DNA of 64,000 nt, taken from Octopus bimaculoides (taxonomy: Eukaryota). Location: contig NC_069001.1 of NCBI RefSeq assembly GCF_001194135.2, positions 3,784,368-3,848,367 of the forward strand, written 5' to 3'. How positions within the stretch are numbered: the stretch's first letter is position 1; each line of letters begins with the position of its first letter. Of the stretch, positions 43,316 through 54,018 are shown piece after piece. Both the position numbers and the translations under genes were made by a program. The notes below the pieces were generated by a model. That model saw nothing but the letters and a program-made list of their open reading frames with translations, ran no database searches and was not told the DNA's origin.

Positions 43316-43762
43316 CCATCCATCCCATCTCCCCAAAAGTTACCTTAATTAATGTGTACATATTTAAATGAAAATCCAATTAAAAATTCTGTAATTACAT
43401 TAATGATGACGAGAGATTTCAGCAGGTAAAACATTTTGCTTTGTTAAAAACAGCAGATTAATTAACAGATTAATGAATGAAGAAAAATTTATGTGGTCAC
43501 ATGACATCTTCAAGAAATCATTAACCAAACCTTCCTGGAATCCTACCCTAATGTCTTAGGTCCTCCTATTCAAAGGATATGGGGGCTTGATTTACATAAA
43601 GCTATAAATAACATATACATACTGGATTGAAAAAACCTTTCGGATAGAAAAGGTCAAAGGCTGCCCTTTGACTTTTTCTACCTATAAGGGGTTTTCAACC
43701 CAATATTTCCATGTTATTATTTATAGACTTATGTGGATTGAAACCCACTGTTTTTTTTTTGT

Positions 43763-44548
43763 TTAACCCTTTTGATACCATCCTGGCTGAAACCACCACT
43801 GGCTCTGTAGTACAAATGTCTTGCTTTCATAAGTTTTGAATTAAAATCTTCCACGAAGCCTAAGTTACAATCTAAGTTCCTAACAGAAGCTTAATGATTA
43901 CTAAGTTATTTTAGTAAGTTCTTTGTTATAATTAAAATTAATTGAAAGAAACACAGAGCATCTCAAAATAAATATGGTAACGAAAGGGATAAATTCATTC
44001 TTTAATATTATACTTTTAACTTTTTGATACAAACCTACTTGAAGTTTTCCTTGGTTCTGTGATAGAAATTTCTTGTCTTAAAATTATCTAAATTAATACC
44101 TTCCATGAAAATTTCATGTTAATTTATGTTTCAAATACCAGCTTAAAAACGACAGATTTATTTTACTAAAATTCTTCATAATTTATAAAATTAACTGAAA
44201 CAAAGCATATTTCAACAGAAATATGGTAAGAAACAGCTTAAAGTGATCTAAATTATAACCTTCCCTTAAAATTTCAAGTCAACCTATGCTCCAAACATCA
44301 GCTTTAATAATTATAAAGTTATTTGACTAAATTCTTTATTATTTTCTGAATTAATTGAAATGTAAATGTATGAACAAAAGGGTTAAAGTGATCTAAATTA
44401 AGACCTGTCATCAAAATTCCATGATAATTTATGTTCCAAATACTAGATTAATAATGATAATTAGTTTAGTAAATTCTTCATAATTTACAAAATTAACTGA
44501 AACAAAGGCAGTGTATTTCAATAGAAATATAATAACAAAAAAGGTTAA
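43763..44548 (+). mobile_element. Tandem array of four piggyBac-like MITE units (two full, two 5'-truncated)
   Basis: Unit 1 runs TTAA|CCCTTTTGATACC to GTAACGAAAGGG (43767-43988). Unit 2 starts at about 44020. Units 3 and 4 both start GTGATCTAAATTA and end AAAGGG/AAGG-TTAA (44386, 44548). Confidence 0.6.
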
Positions 44549-44699
44549 TGATTCATTTACAAGTCAATTATCAAAATATGTTAATTGCAAATCTCACTTG
44601 TTGAACCCTTTATTGATGAAATGGAAAAACCAGTGAGCTATTATCATCATGCGTTAACGCAGCACAACTATAATAAGGTGGTGAATTGGTAAAATCATT

Positions 44700-44960
44700 A
44701 TTGCACCAGACAAAATGGTTAGTCCACATTACTCTGCAAGGTGCATAGAACCGGTTTCCTGGTTTCTCTGGTGAATATATTCCTTCTTGGATGGGACGCT
44801 GGTCTGTCACACGATTACTCCCTTTCGCCAGCTGAGTGGACTTGAGCCACGTGAAATGAAGTGTTTTTTTCAAGAACACAACATGTTGCCTAGTCCAGGA
44901 ATTGAAACTACAATCTTACGATCATGAGTCCAGCACAATAACCACTAAGCCATGTGCCTC
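44700..44960 (-). mobile_element. tRNA-derived SINE (family D)
   Basis: Minus strand begins GAGGCACATGGCTTAGTGGTT...GTTTCAATTCCTGG (A and B boxes), then GTGTTCTTG...CACTTCATTTCACGT...GACCAGCGTCCCATCC. Confidence 0.65.
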
Positions 44961-44964
44961 TACA

Positions 44965-45150
44965 CTGGAAAAAACGCTTAATGGCATTTCATCTGGCTCT
45001 TTGTGTTCCAAGTTCAAATTCCACTGAAGTTGAATTTGGATCTCATCCTTTCAAGGTCAATAAAATAAGTACCAGTTAACCAACAGGGTCAATGTAATCT
45101 CCTTTCATTCTCCTCAAAATTGCTGGCATTGTGTAAAAACTAGAAAGATT
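44965..45150 (+). mobile_element. SINE family A copy, plus orientation
   Basis: AAGTTCAAATTCCACTGAAGTTGAATTT...TCATCCTTTCAAGGTCAATAAAATAAGTACCAG. Confidence 0.7.
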
Positions 45151-46340
45151 AATATTGCACCATATTACAGTGGTCAAGACTGAGAAATTTGTTAATTAAA
45201 ATATGGAAGATATGATGTGTGCATGCTGGAGTGAGTGTTAATTATTTCACTTTTGCATGTGATAAATTTTAATAAAATGTATTGTTACTTGTAGTGGTTA
45301 AATAAATGATATAGAATTATTAGATATAAGAGAATTAGGAGTTTATTAATTTGGATTTAATTAAGAGCTGCTAAAGATATATTTACACATAGTTTATTAG
45401 AAATAGAGTTTGGTACAGTCTTCTGACTTGCCAACTCCCATCAAGCTTTCCAATCCATGCCAGCATGGAAAGTGGATGTTAAATGATTATGATGATGATG
45501 ACAATGTGTATGATATGTTTCTACTGAAACAATAAGACAAACAACCCACATTATTGGCATGTTAGAAAACATTCGAGCCATTTTTTTTTTTTTTATGTAG
45601 AGTCCTGAAAAGATCCAGGTATTGGATCTGACCCAGGTAACTGAACACTTCAAGGTGTATTACCCTTCCTTCTCTGTTCTAAGACATGACCAGTACTTTA
45701 TTTTATCGACCCCAGAATGATGAAAAAATGAAAAATATTGACCACAGTGAGTTTTGAACTTCAGATTGCAAAAGAGACTTGGTTAAACATCACAAGGTAT
45801 CTCAATCCTTGCCTCTGACTAATCTACACACCACCACCACCACCACCACCACCTTACGGNNNNNNNNNNNNNNNNNNNNNNNNNNNNNNNNNNNNNNNNN
45901 NNNNNNNNNNNNNNNNNNNNNNNNNNNNNNNNNNNNNNNNNNNNNNNNNNNNNNNNNNNNNNNNNNNNNNNNNNNNNNNNNNNNNNNNNNNNNNNNNNNN
46001 NNNNNNNNNNNNNNNNNNNNNNNNNNNNNNNNNNNNNNNNNNNNNNNNNNNNNNNNNNNNNNNNNNNNNNNNNNNNNNNNNNNNNNNNNNNNNNNNNNNN
46101 NNNNNNNNNNNNNNNNNNNNNNNNNNNNNNNNNNNNNNNNNNNNNNNNNNNNNNNNNNNNNNNNNNNNNNNNNNNNNNNNNNNNNNNNNNNNNNNNNNNT
46201 TCGTCCAACCCTGCTACCTGCTCCCCCCTCAAGGCGTTCGGGGAAATACTTTTGGACAAATATAGAAATTAGGGCAAATTAATGAGCGGTCCATTCTTCA
46301 TCTCTCTCTTTCACATACACATATCTATACATATATATCA

Positions 46341-46372
<32 letters not shown>

Positions 46373-46461
46373 CTATGCATATATATAGACATCTATATAT
46401 GTATATACACATAGACATACATGAATGTGTGTGTCCATGTATGTACATATATATATATGTA

Positions 46462-46517
<56 letters not shown>

Positions 46518-46854
46518 CACATAACGCATATAATATATGCAGAGACATGTATGTATATTCATACATGAATGTGTGTGTGTGTATTTGATTAGAGGATATG
46601 TTAACCTTGTGAAGGGATGATTGCATCCAAAGAAATACTGGTTCAGTACCTAGTATTATTGGGAAATGAAATTCCATTAAAACAATAGGTATATATTAAG
46701 CATATAGTTTATATCCAGTTAAATGAAGACAAGAAAATGGGGATAAGGAAGTTAACAATTATTATAACAATGTTATAAGTTTTCCAAAAAAATCAAAACA
46801 GTACGAGTAAGAAGAGAAAAGATAAAGCAATGGTTTTTGTACAGAGTAATTTTA

Positions 46855-47050
46855 AGAGAAAGAGGTCAGTAGATACAACTGGTCACAATACTTGACTGGT
46901 ACTTTTATTTTATTGCCCCTTGGGAATGAAAAGCAAAGTTCATGTCAGTCGGATTTGAACCCAGAAAGTAAAGAGCTAGAAACAATAGTGCAGAGCATTT
47001 TTCTGACACTTTCACAGTCCTGCCAATCTACTACCATAATAATAATAATA

Positions 47051-47091
<41 letters not shown>

Positions 47092-47280
47092 AATAATGAT
47101 AATANNNNNNNNNNGGGAATAATCAATTACATTGACCCTGGTACTCAACTGGTACTTATCTTATTGACCCTGAAAAGATGAAAGGCAAAGTTGACCTCAG
47201 TGGAATTTGAACCTAGAATGTAAAGACGGACGAAATGCTGCTAAGCGTTTTGCCTGATGTGCTAACGATTCTGCCAGCTA
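46855..47280 (-). mobile_element. Two tandem SINE family A copies separated by an (ATA)n/(ATG)n tail
   Basis: Units at about 46855-47030 and 47117-47280; the second is well preserved (GATGAAAGGCAAAGTTGACCTCAGTGGAATTTGAACC...CTAACGATTCTGCCAGC). Confidence 0.75.
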
Positions 47281-47302
47281 ACAACAACAACAACAACAAC
47301 AA

Positions 47303-47795
47303 GCAAACCCCAGAAGGAGTCACTAAGAATGAGAACTGCAAAATCCTGTGGGATGCAATGATCCAAGTGCTATCACCTGACCAGACATCGGAAACTGGAC
47401 ATTGTTGTGGTGAATAAAAACGAAAGAACATGCATGATAATCGACAAAGCATGCCCCAGTGACAACAGGATCAATGTGAAAGAAGAAGAAAGAAAAATAA
47501 ACAACTATGATGATTTAAAGTGGGAAATGCGAAGGTTGTGATCAATGAAGAGAATAGACGAGATACCAATAGTAACTGGTGCAGTTGGGAGTATCGGCAC
47601 TCAACTACCAGCATGACTGAAAAAGACTGGTGCAAGTGTGAAGATAGAACACGTACAAAAATCAGCATTGCTTAGAACTGCAAGAATTCTTCGCAGGGTC
47701 CTTGAAGCATGACCAGTAAACGTATGACACCTTAGTCTGCTGGCTGGGGACAGCTGACACTTTCCATCATACCCAGCATATTAAGCTGTGACGTT
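47303..47795 (+). mobile_element. 5'-truncated R4/Dong-clade non-LTR retrotransposon (restriction-like endonuclease end plus 3' UTR)
   Basis: KILWDAMIQ-fs-RHRKLDIVVVNKNERTCMIIDKACPSDNRINVKEEERKINNYDDLKWEMRRL*...IPIVTGAVGSI...VQKSALLRTARILRRVLEA* (stop 47710-47712) matches the PD..D..K..KY RLE C-terminus. Followed by a (TAC)n tail. Confidence 0.8.
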
Positions 47796-47865
47796 TTACT
47801 ACTACTACTACTACTACCACTACTACTATCACTACCACCACCACCACCACCACCACCACCACCAT

Positions 47866-47931
<66 letters not shown>

Positions 47932-47950
47932 GACAACAACAGCAACAACA
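47796..47950. repeat. (TAC)n/(CAC)n/(AAC)n trinucleotide microsatellite
   Basis: Directly visible. Confidence 0.95.
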
Positions 47951-47954
47951 AAAA

Positions 47955-48340
47955 TAATTGTTTCAAAGTTAGGTACAAGACCGGCAATTTTTTTTAAGAG
48001 TTCGGGGTAGAGGTTAGCTGTTTATATTGGCTCCAAGAGGACAAAAAGCAAAGTTGACCTTAACAGAATTTGAACTCAGAACATAAAGAGCAGGAAGAAA
48101 TGTTACTAAGCATTTAGTCTGGCATTGTTAATGCTTATGGTTTCTAAGATAGACACAAAGCCAAATATTTTGAGGGGAGGGTTTAGTTTATTACATTAAC
48201 CTCAATAGTTGACAGGAACTTTATTTTATTGACTGCCCCCCAAATGGATGAAAGGTAGAGTTGACCTCGGCAGGATTTGAACTCAGAGCATAAAGAGCCA
48301 AAACAACCACTGCACAGTACTTATGTCCTATACTAACGGT
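47955..48340 (-). mobile_element. Two tandem SINE family A copies
   Basis: AAAGCAAAGTTGACCTTAACAGAATTTGAACTCAGAAC (about 48045) and GATGAAAGGTAGAGTTGACCTCGGCAGGATTTGAACTCAGAGC (about 48250). Confidence 0.7.
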
Positions 48341-49023
48341 TGTACCAAATAATTACAACCAGTCAAGGTTTCACCTTGATCTGTAACAGTTTAGATGAGT
48401 CAGTCGGTCTCCAGGATGAAGAATATTCTATTTACAACAGACTTTGATCAAAGAATATTCCAACAGGCTGTTTAGAAATGGATATCCAGATTGCTCCAGC
48501 ATTTTGCCAAATTTCTTAGACAAAACAGAAATGCTGTTGCTTATTTCTTTTTTTTTCCTTCTCTTTATTAAATTTAATTTTAAAACATTGGTAATTTGTT
48601 TATTTATTTGTTTGTTTTGGCATCATTTGCTTTCTGAAACATTATCAGAATATAAAAACAACAAAACAACATCAAACACAGCAAAAATGGGGGAGAAAAA
48701 AAAAAAAAACCCTCTGGTGACTCTTCTACCTGTCAGAAATAGCAGCCAAATCTCNNNNNNNNNNNNNNNNNNNNNNNNNNNNNNNNNNNNNNNNNNNNNN
48801 NNNNNNNNNNNNNNNNNNNNNNNNNNNNNNNNNNNNNNNNNNNNNNNNNNNNNNNNNNNNNNNNNNNNNNNNNNNNNNNNNNNCCTTAAAGCGGCAGGGG
48901 GGGGGGGAATTTGTTAATGAAGTCATTAATACAGTTTCTATAAAGGCATGAGTGCCACATTGGAACGTCTTTGTTAATGGGTCTGCTTGATCAGTGGCTA
49001 ACAACAATTAATGCTGTTGCTGT

Positions 49024-49060
<37 letters not shown>

Positions 49061-49464
49061 GTGTAATTACTGTTGCTGCTACTACTACTACTACTGATGG
49101 GATGGCCATGGGTGGAATATCTTTTCTCATGGGTCTGTCTAATCAGGACTGATCTGAAGCTTACACAACGACAACTTCCTTGGTGGAGGTGGGTGGGTGG
49201 GTGAAGATTACAGAGAAAGAAAAAGGAGGCATGGGGAGGGGTTGTTGGGGGTGGAGAGGCAGAACAGATGTATAAGGCATGGAGGATCTGTAAAGTGGGG
49301 CAGAGAAAATATGTACAGGGATGGGGTGGAATACATTAGTGTTATAGGGTAAGGAAGGAGTGCTGTGGGGTGGAAGTATGAATAAGACAAGTCCCAGACG
49401 TATACGCAGGTTATTATTACTTAACTATTTAACCTTCCTGATAAACACGTGACTCAGTGGGTTT

Positions 49465-50030
49465 TTTTTCTTTATGATTTGTGTTAGTCATTGGACTGTG
49501 GCCATGCTGGGGCACAACCTTGATAGGTTTTAGTCAGACAAATTGGCTCCATGTACTTATTCTATTGGCCTCTTTTGGCAAATTGCTGAACTGCTAAGTT
49601 ACAGAGACATAAACAAACCAATACTTGTTGTCAAGAGGATAAACACACACACACACACATACATTTATATGAGGGGCTGCTGAAAAGTCCCTGGCTTTAA
49701 GGATATCACAAAAGGCCTGGTTGGAGGCCCCCAACCTTCCAAGTTCTTTTACAGGGCTTAGAAAAAGTGAAGGACCACTGCAATAAGTCTGTGAATCTGA
49801 AAGGTGGAATACGTTGAATAAAACCATAATTAACTGATCCTCCTGTATTTTCTTTTACCCAAAACCAGGAACTTTCCAGCACCCCCCCCCCCATGTGAGT
49901 AGCTTCCACACAGTTTCTATCTAGCAAATTCATTCACAAGGTACGGGTTGGGCCGTGGTGCCGTGCAGTGGGGCATAAATTGAAACTACAAGGTTGCGAA
50001 GTGAGCGTCTTAACTACACAGCTATGATTG
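49465..50030 (-). mobile_element. SINE family B copy split by a MITE
   Basis: Tail half at 49465-49640 (GTCATTGGACTGTGGCCATGCTGGGGCAC...), head half at 49895-50030 (...GTGCAGTGGG...CTTAACTACACAGCTATG). Confidence 0.65.
49670..49894 (+). mobile_element. mariner-derived MITE
   Basis: TA|TGAGGGGCTGCTGAAAAGTCCCTGG and CCAGGAACTTTCCAGCACCCC form TIRs; the interior retains a transposase C-terminal remnant ending ...YVE*. Confidence 0.8.
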
Positions 50031-50192
50031 CTTATAACAGAAACCATAATAAAAATTGGGACTTTGCAGTGAAATGAAAACTGACTCAACATTTTGAATT
50101 ATTGTTCATAGACAAAAACACAAATAAAAAAGAAAAATATATACACATGATCCAAAAATAGTTGGAAAAGAGAAAAAAATACCAAAACAAAA

Positions 50193-50201
50193 ACTCACCT
50201 T
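50193..50201 (-). other. Predicted splice donor AAG|GTGAGT, 8 nt after the Kir stop codon
   Basis: Minus strand reads TGA CAAAAAAG|GTGAGTTT; exon end at 50199. Full match to the GT-AG donor consensus. Confidence 0.6.
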
Positions 50202-50206
50202 TTTTG

Positions 50207-51622
50207 TCAAAGTAGAGTTTCTGATTCTTCTTTGCCATCATTATCTGAAGATAAGTTTTGTCTACTACGTATGGAATCTCGATTAGAAAAAGACTCCTGG
50301 TCATCATCAGGAAAGTCTGTCTGAACGGCGCCATGCCTTTTAACAATATAAGGGCTTGGGTATTTTTCAGCTTTTGACAGCAGAGAGGTATTTTCATCCT
50401 CATCAATTGAGGCTGTTTCCTGCATTGCATTATCCAACTCTGCAAGTTCTTTTGCACTGCAAAGCGGCGTTTCAACTTTAACGGTGTTATGAAAACGAGA
50501 AAAATCTATTTGATATTGTCCATTTTCTTTTTGGAAAGTGATAAGGCGTTCGAATCGATGACCCCAGAGGATCTCTCCGGGTAAATAAGAGCTCCTCGCT
50601 TGAGTTGTCATACCGGTCGATTCTACGATACCTTCTAAAATTACTACAAATTCAAATTGTTCTCGATGAAGATCTTCAGCAGATATTTCCCAAAATGGAC
50701 TATCGTCTTCAATTTTGTGAACTATAATCACAGGCCACACTAGAAATAATCTATCACGACCATCTTCATAACCAAGATTAACATCAAATTGAAAAAGAGG
50801 GAGAATTTCTCCCTCTTTTGTGGTCTTTCGTCTAATTAAAACACCGCGTACATGAGCTTCAACAATATGAGACTTACGCATGTCTCCTACTCTAAACAAT
50901 AAACACATATCTCCATCTTGCTTGCAAATGCAAGCGTTTTTACTGAACATTAACGTTTCAGCTCGCTTTTTTGGACGAGAAAGTTTAGCAAACACAATAC
51001 CAGTCATAAGGGCCTGGCAAATAACACCAAAACACGATTGGATCATCATGACTACAACTGCTTCGGGACATTCCTCTGTTGTGTGTCTTGATCCATAACC
51101 AATTGTGTGCTGTGTTTCAATGGAAAATAGCAAAGCAGATGTAAATGAGCGTATTTCTACAACACAGCGCTTCCAGTTCTTGTCATCAAGATGATCCAAA
51201 TCCCCGTGTGAAAAACAAATCAACCACCAAATTAAGGCAAATATCAACCAACTACATATAAACGCCATGGCAAAAATCATTAAATTATAACGCCACTTAA
51301 TGTCAACAAGGGTTGTGAAGATATCCGCAAGATACCGCCGCCGTCTTTTGCGTATGTTAGTCTGAGTAATGTTTACTTCCCCATTTTTGTAAATAAGGCG
51401 TCGCCTCAATTTCTTTGAAAAGTGCCGTTCAGCTCTCCGATGGACGATAGGTCCGTTAGGCTGACGCTGTTGGTTTCGCGATGCATATTCTGCAAATGAG
51501 TCTTCTGAAGTGCGCCGCTGATCGAGTTTCCCAGAAGAAGTCAGGATGTCCGGTTCGACTTGTGGAGACAAGCCATGTCCTGGTATTGGACTATACCCAG
51601 TCTCCATGACCATAGCCTGCAT
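50207..51622 (-). CDS. KCNJ: Inward-rectifier potassium channel (Kir/KCNJ family; invertebrate Irk1/Irk2-like), 471 aa, uninterrupted ORF
   Basis: Motifs: slide helix DIFTTLVDIKWR, M1, pore LFSIETQHTIGYGSR (TIGYG at 51092-51106), Cys pair KRCV/EECP, M2, KLSRPKKRAET, RKSHIVEAHVR, G-loop VILEGIVESTGMTTQARSSY, WGHRF. An in-frame TGA three codons upstream fixes the start at M1 (51622) or M4 (51613). One-to-one orthology to a vertebrate KCNJ cannot be assigned by eye. Confidence 0.97.
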   Translation of the reverse strand: MQAMVMETGYSPIPGHGLSPQVEPDILTSSGKLDQRRTSEDSFAEYASRNQQRQPNGPIVHRRAERHFSKKLRRRLIYKNGEVNITQTNIRKRRRRYLADIFTTLVDIKWRYNLMIFAMAFICSWLIFALIWWLICFSHGDLDHLDDKNWKRCVVEIRSFTSALLFSIETQHTIGYGSRHTTEECPEAVVVMMIQSCFGVICQALMTGIVFAKLSRPKKRAETLMFSKNACICKQDGDMCLLFRVGDMRKSHIVEAHVRGVLIRRKTTKEGEILPLFQFDVNLGYEDGRDRLFLVWPVIIVHKIEDDSPFWEISAEDLHREQFEFVVILEGIVESTGMTTQARSSYLPGEILWGHRFERLITFQKENGQYQIDFSRFHNTVKVETPLCSAKELAELDNAMQETASIDEDENTSLLSKAEKYPSPYIVKRHGAVQTDFPDDDQESFSNRDSIRSRQNLSSDNDGKEESETLL

Positions 51623-51677
51623 GAGTCTTCAAAAAGATAGGCTCTGACACAGATGACAATAAGCCAGTGATTTGCGT

Positions 51678-51731
51678 TTAGCTTGCCTCCTTATCCGCAG
51701 CTCCAGTCATCATCATCATCATCATTGTCAT
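51678..51731 (-). promoter_or_regulatory. Upstream ORF MTMMMMMMTGAADKEAS* in the Kir 5' UTR
   Basis: ATG ACA (ATG)6 ACT GGA GCT GCG GAT AAG GAG GCA AGC TAA; out of frame with the main ORF and ending 55 nt before it. Confidence 0.5.
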
Positions 51732-51750
51732 CTGAAACGATGAATAAAAC
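51732..51750 (-). other. Predicted splice acceptor for the Kir coding exon
   Basis: Minus strand reads TTTTATTCATCGTTTCAG|ATGACA (pyrimidine-rich tract plus CAG). Confidence 0.6.
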
Positions 51751-52511
51751 CAAGATGTAAATTGCTGTTGACAATGTGTAAGCAATAATAGCATTGTCAA
51801 TGACAAAACTACAGATCTACATTCACACCGAGTGCTAACATACATCGACTACATTATAATATGTACACCAACAGACCTTCTCCCCTCCTCCCACAGAAGC
51901 ATTTATTACAAAGCCAAAACGTACAAGATAAACTCATGTTTCAGGAATAAGAACTGAACTGGTGTGGTAGGTCAATTGCAGAGGTAACACACTTTAGCTT
52001 TCAAATACTTATCCATAATAGATAGCTGGTAATTCCTTGTGTTAGCAGCTTGATTGATTGCTTGCTTGCTGCTGTAGGACCAGAACAATCTAGAACAATC
52101 GCAAATGCCTTTCACTGTAACATTCACCGCATCAAATATACATGAGATTAAAGGAGAGGACATTTTGTCAGTCTCGATAGCTATACATGTTTGGTTTGCG
52201 TGGGTCAGTGTTTCTAATGAATTTAATACAAATACACAACAGGGATCAGAGTGTTAAGTACTAAAGATATTGATACACCATCTGAAACCTATTAAGCCAT
52301 AAAATAATAAAACAGTCGAGGTAGGATAAATATTTATTATGACATTGAAACATTCAGTTAAAAACAGAATTCTCTGAATAAATCAACATTTAAAAGATTT
52401 CATAAGATTTTTGTTTTCATCTCAAATGTAAAACACTTTTTATTTCTTTTCTTGGTTATTTTGTGAGATAAGGACCAGATACAGAGTTTCAAATACATGG
52501 CAGAAAAGTTT

Positions 52512-52581
<70 letters not shown>

Positions 52582-52584
<3 letters not shown>

Positions 52585-52808
52585 TCATCATCATCATCAT
52601 CATCATCATCGTCATTAAAGTCTGCTTTCCATGCTAGCATGGGTTGGACGATTTGACTGAGGACTGGTGGACCAGGAGGCGACACCAGGCTCCAATCTGA
52701 TCTGGCAGAGTTTCTACAGCTGGATGCCCTTCCTAACGCCAACCACTCCGAGAGTGTAGTGGGTGCTTTTACGTGCCACCTGCACGAGGGCCAGTTAAGC
52801 GATACTGA
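52582..52808 (-). mobile_element. Family C retroposon
   Basis: (ATC)n followed by TTTCCATGCTAGCATGGGTTGGACG...TTTCTACAGCTGGATGCCCTTCCTAACGCCAACCACTCCGAGAGTGTAG. Confidence 0.82.
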
Positions 52809-53524
52809 TAAAAGAAGAGTGTTGATAATTATGAATAACTCACAGTTATAATGGAGAGGGTTGCAAAAACCCTTACATGTTTAGAAATAGCAGTCAAAAC
52901 CCACTATAAAGCCACTATTATCACTCAATATGTTATTACATGTTTGGGCATTGATATATTCATAAATAATTATTAATTGTTTATATATCCTTTGTAATGT
53001 ATTTTATATTCCCTTTTAATTATACACACACACACACACACACACATATAGAAAGAGAGAGATATGGTAACACAAAGAGAAAAAATAGTACTTAAAATGT
53101 GTGTTTGTGTGTGTGTGTGTGTGCATACATGTTAATTCAAATTTGGTGATTAATCCAGTTACTAGTCCAAGTTTTGCATACCTGTATGCCCTTCCTGTTT
53201 CAGGTGACAAATCAGAATGAATTTTGGAAATGTAACAAAGTAAATTGTCTAGTTTTGAAAGAATATATATAAACTTCATTACAACTATTCGCTAATTCTT
53301 TCTCTAGTTTGTACACCCAAATCTGTACCTGCACGCNNNNNNNNNNNNNNNNNNNNNNNNNNNNNNNNNNNNNNNNNNNNNNNNNNNNNNNNNNNNNNNN
53401 NNNACCTGTCCAGCAAGGTGGCATCACTTAAAAGCAACAACAATGCACGCAAAGAAGCACATTGGGACAAGCAATGTTTAACAACATCAAACAGTCTGGT
53501 CGATACAGGGGCACATACATACAT

Positions 53525-53567
<43 letters not shown>

Positions 53568-53983
53568 AACTCTACACAAGGTGATTCTCTGCAAATGAAT
53601 AAAGGCTGGACAGTAAAACTGCCATAATTTCTGTTTCCACTATTCAACTTCTGTCAAACTGTGAAACTCTGCAAAAAGTGGGGTGGTGGTGGTGGTGGTG
53701 GTGATGGTGTTGGGGGAAGGGGGCGTTGGTAGAGGGGAAACTAAGTAAATTGCTATGGCAGGGTGGGGGGTGGAGGTAACAAGTTGTTTTTGAACTTTTG
53801 GGGGGTTTTCTTTTCAAAATAGATTATTGACTGACATGACGCACACACACAAGAAGCTAATGCATTTGTTAGTAAAAAGTATACCTACACACACATATAT
53901 ATATACACACACATACATACATACATACAGACACATACATACATACATACAGACACACATTAACACAAACATACATACTCATA

Positions 53984-54018
<35 letters not shown>

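Noticed and set aside
50086-50475. 129-aa ORF overlapping the Kir C-terminus in another frame
   Set aside because: Shadow of the real CDS running into T-rich flank; no independent features.
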